This document shows positions 1 through 12,381 of a stretch of 64,000 nt of DNA, one piece after another. Source of the DNA: Botryllus schlosseri (taxonomy: Eukaryota); assembly GCA_051294905.1 (NCBI GenBank), contig CM119378.1, positions 13,764,001 through 13,828,000 of the forward strand, given 5' to 3'. Made by a program: the position numbers and the translations under genes. Each line of letters opens with the position of its first letter. The first letter of the stretch is position 1. A model generated the notes under the pieces. That model had not been told where the DNA came from, did not search any database, and saw only the letters and a list, made by a program, of their open reading frames with translations.

Positions 1-73
1 GCTCAGCCCCCAGACCCTGTACGCTTTTTGCCGCTACATATCAGCCACATATGATGTACTGTTTAGTGCAGGG

Positions 74-907
74 CAGTGTTGAGATGAAGTCACTATATAC
101 CTTCGAGTCACGAGTCATTGCACATTTGACTCGAGTTAAGTCAAGTTACTCGATTGTTGGAGGTGAGTCGAGTCAAGTCGAGTCAAGTCAAGTCAAGTCA
201 CGAGTCAAGCCACAATTCAAGTCAAATTGCCTTTTCAAAGTATGGGGCATGATAACGTCATTGCATTTTGCTAGCTGTCTGAAATTCAGATTGAGTGGTT
301 ATTGATTTTGAACCGATGAACGAATATAGAGTTGAATATACACGCAGGAAGGCGCTGTATCGCTCACATATACGTAGAACTGCTAAACCTCAGTTTAGTT
401 ACCAGCCAAAATAGAGAACAGATACGAATTGATAGGATGCAATTACCCATTTACAAATCGATATGATACAATTCGAGCCTGCGCCAATGGTTGAGGACTA
501 TACAAACTATATTCGAATTCAATTTCAATAAAACAAGAGGTTTGGTTAAGGTAAAAACAGAGAACAGAAATTACTTTACTTTACTAGTTTACAACAACGT
601 AAGCTGTAAGATTCGATCACTTCGTTTGCGGTCAATTTATTTGTGAGAGAACAATTAATGGAGGCCCTGTAAAACTCACGATAATAATGATTGGTCGCTC
701 TCACGGGTTACACCAGCGTTTCGCGAACAATCCGAAGATAAGCAAGATACAGTAATTTTTATCGACGCCGATTACTTGATGACTTGAAATTGACTCGTGA
801 ATTTTGCTTCGAGTCACGAGTCAATTCACATTTCTGATACGAGTCAATTCAAGTCATGCAAAAAGGGTGCATCGAGTCAAGTCATGACTCGAGTCATTCC
901 AACACTG
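74..907. mobile_element. hAT-like non-autonomous element (GAGTC/GACTC subterminal-repeat family)
   Basis: Ends CAGTGTTG(74)...CAACACTG(907), with dense GAGTCAAGTC arrays near both ends. The right end resembles the CAGGGTTGTAATGACTCGAGTC end of the copy at 49310-49696. No TSD found. Confidence 0.55.
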
Positions 908-1387
908 CCATAGTCTACCGCAATCCCCACTACTTGCTTATTACGTCAAATGATAGTGACTGCAGTTTATTCTTTATCGTGTGTGTTTGTTTGTTTGTTT
1001 TTGGGGTATTCATGGTGTTTGTCGACTACTATGGTCATTTACACCAGGCCGATATTATTCTTATTTCCCGTAACGTGTGTGTGTGTGAGTAGAGTGGAGT
1101 GAATGTTCGTCAACACGAAAAGGCTTGCATTACCGGCATTTAGCTACACATGTACTCAGCCGTTAAGAATTTATATCCTGGTAAATTGGGAAAAACTCAA
1201 GCCCTCGTTCGTATATACATTATACCAGGGCGCGCAACGTACGGCTTGCGGTCACAGTCTGCCGCAATTCTCCACTACTTGCTCACTACGTCAAATAATC
1301 GTGACCGCTATCTACTATGTCAAAAGATATGGAAATCGCCAAGACGCACACGATTCCAAATTGATACTTCTTTACTGGCAAATAAAT

Positions 1388-1948
1388 TTACCCTGCGGGA
1401 TGTCATTTGTCCTGTGGGGTTCAGATCGCCAGGACAGGAACATTCGGCGCCAGCCATTTAGGCACCTATATGGACAATTAAACATAGCCTATATGCATTA
1501 ATTTGTATAATCGAAGTTTTCGGTCAGCAAAAGGCATTCCTTTTCGGCCAAGGTCCTCTCGCTGCTGATCGTTCTGGCACACTTCTCGGAGTCGCATGTT
1601 ACATGGCCTACAACAGTGGTTCTTAATCTTGCCTCCAGCGCCCCCCAGGGGGCGCTGGCGATTTTGAAGGGAGGCGGAAACGCTCAGGGGGCGATATGGG
1701 GGGCGCTGGGCTTAGGGGGGCGGTATGGGGGGCGCTGGAGAAAAATGGCTTCGCAGTAGATGATGTGGTAGTATGACATATCCTTAATGAGTATATTCAG
1801 AGCGAATTAACACCGAAAACTTAGATATTTATAGCCTACAAAAGACATATAGGTTTAATTGTCCATAGGCGCCTAAATGACTGGCACCGAATGTTCCTGT
1901 CTTGGCAATCTGAACCTCAGAAGACGAATTCCATCTGGCAGGGAAAAA
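1388..1948. repeat. Inverted repeat pair (~1388-1499 vs ~1843-1948)
   Basis: GGTTCAGATCGCCAGGACAGGAACATTCGGCGCCAGCCATTTAGGCACCTAT and its diverged reverse complement ATAGGCGCCTAAATGACTGGCACCGAATGTTCCTGTCTTGGCAATCTGAACC. Confidence 0.75.
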
Positions 1949-4900
1949 GGTACAAGTGTAGTAAAGGCCGTAAATAGTAACGGGGTATAATGGGAACACT
2001 GAGTATAGTTAGTGAAGTGTTGCACTATGTACATGTATATGTTGCACATAAATGGGAAATATGCGGGTTGATTGGGTAGTACGACCCATATGGAACATGT
2101 GAAAAAAAAGCCCTAGGATGTTAAAACGTAGATTTGCCGTATCCAGAAATTACGACTGGAGTGGGCGTTTGCGAGCAAGCTGTAAAATCCAAAAATATCT
2201 CATTTTGTGCAGAAGCATACCGACAACATTATGCGCTCGGTAAAAAAGGGAAATATCATACAAATGCATGTATCCAATCTTGAATTTTACTGGCGTTGTT
2301 TTGGGTAAGGTTTGGCGGCGGGAGATATATATAGCGCGCCATGAATTAGATTTTAAAAATCGGACAGACCAAGACGACGATTAAACAATGAGGGAGGTTA
2401 TTCATGCAATAGGCGCCAATCACAACAGAACTGGACTAAAGTGACACGTCTGGAACTGACGGTCAGATATAGCCCTTACGAGAATGTGGTTTTCACATAT
2501 AGCAATGTAAATTTAAAATGGCGACATGTTTTAATAGGTTTAAGTAGTTCGTTTCAGGAAATCTACACCCGTGGAAATTGTTAGTGACGCAACGGCGGGC
2601 TTCGGCAAAAGTAATACCAACCACTCCGGTTTTCTCCCCGACCGAGTCAATATCATTTCAAGTGAATTTATCATTAAATCTCCGAATGCAACATCGGTGA
2701 CGGGTAAGCAAGATAATTTCCATCATGCTACCACACTGGTGTATTTATCAGTCGAATGGCGACGAACGGAGTAGGGCGACTCGATGCAGGAGCTGACTAC
2801 GACCACCCCTGTATCACGCGAATTTTGCACCACGAAATATACGTCAATTGACCTCAGCTTTACCGTTATCGCTAAAGAAAACCAGCTACCTGACAAGCAT
2901 CTCGAAAGTATCACAAATGAAGGGGAACACATACATACATCGTAAGAAACCTTTCATCGGTGGTGAGCAATTGGGAGTAGTTTCAAAATGTTACCCAAGC
3001 TGCCATAATTGTTGTATTAATAATGATAATGTGGGTGGTGTCTCGTTAACGCAATAAACGCATTAGCGCGGAATGATTGAAAGGCATAATAGCGATTACT
3101 AGTGACGTATATGGACATTGGACATCTTAGGTCATTACTCGGAAAACGACTAGCATGAAAAGAACAACAACCCGATAGTATGATTGCTTCGAAAATGTGT
3201 TCTCGGAAACGTATTGCTGGAATAGAGCCCGTGTTTCTGTAATCCGTCTGTGTGCATGGACTTTAAATTGAACTTATGACCATATGTCTAGTTTTATAGG
3301 TAGATATCAGGCTTGATTAGACTGGCCCGGCTCAAACGATCAAGGTTTTGGTCCGGCCCGCGACGCTAAATCGAGTTTGACATTCCCGTCTATGGTTGAC
3401 CGTATACGATAGATCAGAATTAAAGGCGATAGTTACTATCGTCATTTGCGTCCGGTATAAAGCACTCCGTAATGACAAAAGTGATACAACATCGCGCAAT
3501 GAGGCTGTACGTACACGTGTGGTAATATTGAATGTTAAAATGCAAAAGTATTGGCGCACAAGCACATACTGGGTATTCAGTCAGTAAATTGCCTCTACGC
3601 GTGAGATCTGTAATTTCTCTAAATTCGGTTTTAACTTCCGGACGCCCGTTTACCAATAAATAAAGGCTCTTAACTTGAATTGACCATTGTGACGCGAGTC
3701 CACTTTACCTCGGCATTTTCATTCATCGGCCTGGTTAAACTATTTGTAAAAGTGTCGCACTCGTTTCTGCGGTCATGGGCTAAATTGATACATGAATGCT
3801 TGCTTGCTTGCTATAAATTGGTTGTGAGGATAATTCCCTTGGTCCACTAGTTCTTTTTGGACGCATGGCGAGACTCAATATCACCTCGGTTAAAGTTTAA
3901 ATCGTACAAGGCATATGGTGCCAGCCATCCGGCCTGGGTAACGATCCTGCATGGTCGGGGCAGTACTTGTTCTGCCCAACATATTTCGATCAAAATGTAA
4001 ATTTTTAATTAATGATTTCCTCCATAGAAATCACCACACGGAGTGTGTAAAACATTATAATTTAATACGTCATACCGTAGTCGTGGAACGTGATACTGCG
4101 ATTTTGCTCGGATTGTCGTTGTTGGTAAGTTTGTAACGCCACCATCGTATTCTAGAAAATGGGGCAAAAACTGATATAGTTCGCAGGTTTCGTGCAGTAG
4201 ACCGGAGTAATACTTATACTGCTATGCGCCAAGTCTGTGTAGTACGGGCAATAAATCTGTGACGGCAATCGTGTCTTAACAAAGTACTGCAAAATCGAGT
4301 TTGCAGCTAATGTTCTGCCTTATGTCATTCTTATCGCGTGCGCGGCGAAAACGCTCCATCACCAAAAATGGGAAACCCATGTTGTAATATTCTTTTTGTG
4401 TGTGCGGTTTTTGGGAGGGTCATAAGTGGAAGGCAGGCGCTCACGGCATGCCGTGAGAGTAGAAACATTCCGGTACTACTACAACGTGCAATTTCTGGAA
4501 AGGAAACACCACTGGCCATCCGGATATTAATCCCTTATGTAGGAATGTAGGAGTTTTTGTGACAGTTTCCTGGGGCGCTGGGCACGGTAATTGACTTCGC
4601 AAAATAGCAGAACGATTATCTTGTCATCCACCAAACCCTTTTAACGATGACGCAATTCCTTACTCTGAAGGCATATAAGCATTTGTACGTTAACTTCTTC
4701 ATCAGTATGTACTTAGGTTGGAGTTAGATAACAACCTAATCGTCTATCTTTGTAGTTATACTCAGATGAAAGCTTGGAGAAACTGAGGTTGACTTATTCA
4801 TATTTACATATGTGTATGACTGTATGTTCCTGTACTCGTCTTTATGTACGAATGTATACCATTGGTATTATGCGTATTGTCCTATCATTACAAGTAGACG

Positions 4901-7900
4901 TAGAATAAGGACTTGGAATGGATCAGTCTGGTCTACATATAGCCTACATAGCTACACGACCGAGATAACTATGGGTTGAAAACTACTTACCTGTTGGAAA
5001 ATTATTTTGTTTTGCGTATATATATGAGCAAAGATTTGAGGTCAGCTACATCAAATAAAAACATAGAGTGATCAGAATCGCTTCAATATCTAAGTGAGTA
5101 TCGTAACTCGAGCAAGGAATCCTGTATCAGATGTATGGGCACTAGGCAGTCTGCACTATTGTGAAATTATCGATTGAACTCACAAGGCTATTCTTACATC
5201 TACGCTTTTGGCTTTCGGAATCAACAAGGTGCGTGTGCAACTGTGCATTAGAGTCGTACACGCGATGAAGTATTTTGTATACGTCTTAATTAATGGTGAT
5301 AACAGTAAGTGCTATGTTTCCTTCATATAATTGGGGAAGCGGTCTTGCGAGTATAATAGTGTTGGGTGGCCTAATTGTTCTGTAATTTAGGACTTTATCA
5401 TAGTGTGCTATCGCCATTCACCTTGACCAGAGTTTCTATGTGAGCCTGTTATAGGATTTGGAACCGTCCCACTATAGTATTTGAATTTAACAAATATACA
5501 ATTTGAGCATTTCATTGCGCATTATTATTGGAATAAGCTTTAAATTGGTAAACTAACTCGCAAATGGGTCGGCAGTTCATCGTATTGGGTTAATTTGTCT
5601 GCAAAATCTATTGACCTTGAGTCATGGCTTCTATTTTGGAAATTTATGTTGATTTGACTAAGAAATTGACTTGAGTCACCTCTCTAAAGAGGAGTAAACT
5701 GATTTGGCTTGAAACAAGGGTATAGATTGAATGTCGTAACACGGGCAACGAACAAGATTTGAACTTAACTGTGGAAACAGTGACTAAATTGTAACTTCAA
5801 TTGTTACGTCATAAATTCATACACGGGCATTACTTTCAATTTTTCTTGGGACGCTCAGAATGGCGTCATGGCCGGGTTTAGATCAAGACTTTGAAATATT
5901 TTGGCGAAATCAAGGTTCTCGGTTGCAAGCAAGTCGCTTCAACAAGCCTAAATTTCAGAATTGGGAAATATGTGTATATCAAGGTCTTTAATCCGATTTC
6001 TATCCAAGTAACGATGTGGCTATTAAAACTAGATCGTATAATTAAGGAAGGTGGCATCATGTGGCGTGTACTTAGAAATCCAAATGTAATAACGGTATAA
6101 TGAATAATGGTGCATACGCATGTTTTGTTTTGCAGCTAATTTAAGGCCTCGGTTTGAATTTGATTTGACGCATATTGAGAGCATCCCTATACTCCCTAAA
6201 CCAGGGGTGGCCAACTTTTCTCTATGTATGGCCATATTCTGTTTATTAATATAGCCTACTGCCGTATTCCAGTGTTCGGTTGTGAAGTAACTGGACGCCC
6301 GATATCCCATGTTAAAAGATCCGTGCCCGATGAAGTAAGGACTAATGTGTTTGTTCGTATCGGCTTGGGCGCGCCGAGAGAAGTCATGTCACGAGTAAAT
6401 ACTGCGATTTATCGAATCCATATATGAATTTCGTCATTGATATTTGTAGTTGCAGATATTGCTATATAGTATTTGTCCTTTCCCGACCCCTATGGTGTGA
6501 TTCATCATTATTATCAATGAGCGTAAGTCTTCGAAAATTGGTGCCTAATATTAATGATGATGTATCTTTGGGTGGGACAATTGTTATTGATTTAAAAAAA
6601 AAACGGTAGATTTTACGCTAAATAAATGCACAATTTTTGCATTCATCAACATTAAGAGTTTAATTTTGACAAAATTTTGCATTCAAGTATTAAAATTAGG
6701 CATTGTTCACATAAGGTTGGTCTCTGCATTTTGGGTTGGAACTAGCTGTCCTTACGAAATACCTTGGCAACAATAGCGACTAAACGTTCCACAGTAGCAG
6801 TTGTGTTCTAGCAGCAATGAGGGTCAGTGTATACTGTGGATGCGCTGATAACACACCCGTTGCTTGATACCAACAATGTTGTCTACATCGTATTTTAAAG
6901 ACCGCAACCTAATAACACTTTTGCTGAGATGTCGCGAAACACCGATCTGTTAAGAATCACTTTACTATGAGAAACAATGTCCGTCAAGCCGTCAAATTTC
7001 AGATTCAGAATTACGCTATGGGCGTAAGTTTGGGAAAACATAAGACCCTAAAATAGGCTCCAGGGTGTGGTCTAAAAAAGCGAGAGGATAGGGTCACAGC
7101 CGCTGCAATCTCTACGTAAGAAACGAAATGTTGTTTGCAAAGCAAATTTGAATTACGTACAGAATTTTGACAATTTTTTTAACCAACGATATAATTTTTG
7201 AATTTCTCATGTATATCAAAAAATGGTCGCCCTAATATTGGTCATTTCGTTACATGCGTTGGTTTCTTGGCCTCCTATCGGGATTGGGAAAAATGTTGGA
7301 CTCGCCTAGGTGTGCCGTAAACGACACTCTTTCGTGAGACGTACCCAATTCCCAAGTTGGTATTTTTTATGGATCACCTGATTTTCTTCTGCGGCTCGCA
7401 TTTGTGCTGCGGGGATCAGATTACACGACACTGCGGAGTTGGAATCGTAAAATCAATTCGCATCAAATCGTGCGTGACACGATGGGAATAGCGCTAAATC
7501 TCGCCAAAGCTGATTCTGTATCCGCTGCATAAACAATGCTTCAGATATATGCTAGGGCTTAACTCAATTTAGCAGCTTTGCGCATATGTGATTATTGACA
7601 TTACCGATTTTCCAACATTTAAATCTGTGCTCGTTCGCTGTTGAGGATAACCATAGGTACCCGGTCTATATACTGATCAGCTAATATAGTGCAACGAATC
7701 ATTGTGGTTGATAACTCTTTTGTAGACCCGACTCGGCATGCTCAGAACCACCTACTAATTTGGCTAGCACAAGAGATGTCATGACTCAAGATCTATTGTC
7801 GCACAAAGATGGTGACATATTTTTGAAACCAATGTGATTCCCTATTATTAGAAATACTCGCCAGCTTGTAACACTATTATGGTGTTCCCTCACTTTGCGT

Positions 7901-9164
7901 AAGCGCTGCTGTATTAGCGCAGGTTAGAAGAAAATAATTGGTCAGTAAAAGTGCTAATACTATTTATTCTTGATTGAACTAGCAAATTGGAGATCATACG
8001 AAAACACCCCATAATACTGAATACACCCCGTAGCCAGGGTGGACAATAAACCTATATGTTGGTATATGCCTTACTTTTCGTGTTTAAATTCTGTTAATGA
8101 TCCCTATTTGTGGCAACGCGATATGGCGTTAGTTACCAGAAACGACGCCGAACTACCCTGCCTAAAGGTTTGAATTTATGTGACACTTCCCCTATTTGAG
8201 ACGAAATATTTTCTGTGTCAACACCCGTATGAATTAACCTTTCATATCTATAAATGTGATTTATGGCGCACATATGATATTATTGATTGGCTAATAATGG
8301 GTTATATACTACTCTAATTGTGTACAGTTGGTATCGGGCATTTTGTCATCATGGTACTGGTAGTTATTAGCCTATGTTTAGTGCGACTGCGCACTAACCT
8401 ATTTGCTTGTAGATATCCTATTATTATACTGGATTGGGTGTAATCATAATGCCCTTTATAACCCCCACTCCTAAAGGGAGGCAGCGCACTGTGATTAACA
8501 GACGCTGCGCCTCGTCGCCATTTGAAAAATAAATTATTCTGTTTGAGGAAGAACCATGCTCACATTCTCTACTGCCACGACACTAGGGAATAGCATGGCT
8601 TCATGGCATCCTCCGCTAATTAAAAGAAGGGGAGGGGGTGACTTCGTTGTACATATTTTGTGGTATCCGTCAGAAAATGAAAAGGATAAAAAATGAATAA
8701 AAAAAATTTTGATGCTTGTATGTAGAACATTAACATTTTAAAGAAGTGCAAAAGATTAAAAAGTAACCGAAAATGCGAAAAATATATATATATACATCCC
8801 TACAAAAAGAGCCGCGTTCGGCCAGAAAAAAATGTTTTTATTTTTATTTTATCAGACAATTATTGATGCGAGCCAAGCGAATCATTTATATCCCCTTTTT
8901 GAATCCCCTAGTGCAGAGTTTTGCATACGCGTCAACTCGAGGAATAAAACTGGCCTAAACGTGGATATCACCTTGAAGGTGAATGCTTGGTAGATTGCCG
9001 TGATTAAGCTGAAATTCATTTTGTAGATTATTATAGTTATATATGTTTATTTCCGTAAATTTGTATCATGTATCGTAATTGAAAAAAATGATGCTAGTTT
9101 TAAGTGCAAACCTGAAGCTAGCTAACCCTAAAAATAACTACTTGTATATTATTAATTGAAAATT

Positions 9165-9276
9165 ATAATGCAAATACCCTTAGTACTGCAAATGCACTAC
9201 TTAATGCATAGCAATGGTGTATAATGCAAATACCCTTAGTACTGCAAATGCACTACTTAATGCATAGCAATGGTGT
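9165..9276. repeat. Perfect 2 x 56-bp tandem duplication
   Basis: ATAATGCAAATACCCTTAGTACTGCAAATGCACTACTTAATGCATAGCAATGGTGT at 9165 and 9221. Confidence 0.95.
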
Positions 9277-12200
9277 AATATATGTACCGTACACGGAATG
9301 CTTGGAATTCGCTTGTTTTTTGATATATCAGTGTACTAACAACAATGAAATACTGATGATATAAGTCAATTATGTAGTTATGTATACATTAATTAGATCG
9401 ACACGGTCTCTTTAGGATTCCGGTAAGGTCGACATTCCCCCCTAAAAGCTAAGAAAATAGCACCATTATAGCTACTAGAGTATGGAGAAGGCTATAGTAA
9501 CTGAAAAGAATAGCGGTGGTCTATATGAATCACCTAGCTACCCATATGAAGCTGCTAATACGGAATAAGCCATCGCGGAAGCGACAGATATGTAATCACC
9601 CTGTCTTGTTTGTATTGATTATTATAATTATAAATCTGTAACCTTACGCATAAAGACAATGCGAAGAAAGTAATGCTGAATAATACTTGGTCAAGAATAA
9701 TATCACTAGTAGTGCGCCATATTTGGCACGATAGCTGTGTTCATTGAGCTAAGACGGTGGCATTCTTGACACTGGAGTCGAACCTATATGCGTAATTGCA
9801 GAGTTTGGGCTATATCCTCCCGCCCCTATGTAAGAGTGGATGGACCCTGAAATCGAAAATCAAATATAAAAGTATATAAGTATTATGCCTAGCAGGGAAT
9901 GGCTTGCCTGGTCATAATATATAAAAAAAACTTAAATACCATCAAAATTTAATGATTGGAAAAGAGTGGGCAGTTTCGGATGGTTGATTGGAATGAGCTC
10001 GCCATAACTTGTGGTATATTTGCTTGGCTGGATAATTTCATTGGCGTCTTTATATAGTGCGGCGTAGCCATTCAATCACCAGTACGGAACTGAAACTATG
10101 GTTTGCGATGTAATTGTGTCGAAAATAGAGTGATGCTTATATGGAATTGTCGTATGCATGCCAGTTTTACGATCGTGCTGCTATTAAATGGGGCCACCAT
10201 TTTTCGTGCATGCGAACTTTTGCAGTAAGTGTTGCCGTTATTTTATATTAGTGTATGCATTTTATATCTATGTGTCATGTGGTGCCCACACGAATTGTAT
10301 ATCAGCTGTGGTGAACAGTTGTTACCCATGTAGGTAGCATGAATGCCAAATTCAACCACCACCACCACCACCGAAGCAGAACATCTAAAGAAGTGTCCAG
10401 ACATCCACAAAACATTGACCAAGGCATTGAAAGAGTCTGACGTCATTTGGGCTCGAAAGGTGATGTTCGGATGTCCCCCTAAAGGCTCTCAAGCATACAT
10501 TGATAGGATCGCCTGCTTGCCACAGTTGTAAGGTGCACAGAAATGATGCAGCGCGATCAAATGCGCCGGTACAGCTCCATGAAACAGATGAATTAAAGAT
10601 GGACCGAACCAGAACAGTAACCGAGATATATTGCATTTGAAATCTCGCTACGACAGAGCCACGGACGAAATCCCGTATCCTGATGGAATTCCCTTGCCCC
10701 GAATAGACACGAAAGTATTTGAAGAAACGACTCAACAAGACATCAATGCCTCAATTGAAAATGGATATCTACATCTGAAAAGACTGCAATACTTTTATGA
10801 CTGAACTGGTGATCTGCCAATTGGTTGGCTTGGACTCTGAGTGTTGATACTTTTGTGGGCATCTAATGGCATATCACTTGTATATTATATACGATTGTAT
10901 GGCAGGAAAGGCCATCACATCTATTGTGAAAACAAACCTTGGAGAATTATTTTGAATTTCGATTGTGCATGATGATAAATAGGCTAACATTTGGTTTTAT
11001 ATCAGTATGTACAATGTGCATAGAGATGCCCTATTGTTATCTGCGTGATCTTATTGAAGTATTTGGTTGTTATAAGCTATATTTTAATTATATATTGATT
11101 ATTATGAGCCTCTGGGCCTGGAAAGGTCATTGCTTACTTCGATCAAGCTGCAGCCAATACTTCAATCCGCGCCACCGATCACCAACAAGGCGCGTAAAGG
11201 GGGTGACGAAAGCGTAACGAACTGGGATGACGTTCAACACTGTGAAGCAAATTGAACGAAGTGTAGACTACCCGCAAAGCAATCGTTTTGGGGCTACACT
11301 ATAAAAAACTGGAGGTCCCAACCGTTTCTTCCGGTGTTAAACGTCATTTCCCGGCAGTTCCAGAGGACGGGGGAGAGTCTGGAGACGAATAATTGTCGAT
11401 CAGCACTCTCCTATCTGCAATTGCCAACCGGTACACAACCCCTAACGTTTCCTCGTCTCACCTATGGACTCATAGCGCCAGATTGAGAAGCTCACGGCAG
11501 AAGCCAACGGTATCACATCCGACATCTCGTACCAGGACCTTCTACTTGGACGATTAGCCGAATTTCCAATTTTCGGCAGTGTGAGCGCGAGCACTGAGCA
11601 TCTCAACTACGAAAACACACAGTATACGTTGGAGGCAGCGTCAGGACTGGACGCAGAATCCAGTAGTCCAAAGCAACACATCGCAACCAAGAATATATCA
11701 TTGAACAGAAAAAAAAAGCTCGCCCGAAACGCCACTGGTCAGACGAACGTATTCAAGAGGAGAGACTCAACCTATATCGCAATGAAAATAACCCCATCAA
11801 GGGGCAGTCAAGGGACACGTCAAATCGACGAAAGCCCTGGTACGAAGTGTAATTTCCTGGCCGATTCAGGACACATCAAAATTCTAAATACATCATCTCT
11901 ATTTTATGTACATCCCCTGATATCGCGTATGGCCCGACACCAGAGGTGGTAAAAGTGATCAGCATGAGCATTGAGCATTGGCAGTTAAGTAGAAGTATCT
12001 ATTTCCAGTATAGAATAAATGATTAAAAAAAAAAAGTAAATTTCATTGGCGGTTCCCTTTGTAGCAGTAAATCACAAGTGGTTGCTTTGGAAATTGCAAA
12101 ATGAATATTCGCAACTTCCCAAAATGTCACAAGACACTGCGAAAACAGCAACTTTCAAAAATGTATTTGGCCCCTATCTTACTGTGGCTATTTCAGCAAG

Positions 12201-12381
12201 TTCCTGCTATGACAGTTCCATTTATAAAACTAAAACAACCCGATTCCAAATCTTCTGTCTACTTCTGAGTAGCTAAAATGTGCATAGTAAAAGTAGAAGC
12301 AGTCTAAAAGGATGATCAAGAAGAGGGTAAAGGAAAAAATGCTGACACTATGTCACCCCTACCACCAGTGCATATTTATAA

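Noticed and set aside
51-305. 84-aa ORF with ESSQVESSQVKS repeats
   Set aside because: It is the translation of the GAGTCAAGTC subterminal array of a MITE.
9730-9830. tRNA-like B box GGTTCGACTCC on the minus strand
   Set aside because: No properly placed A box or cloverleaf.
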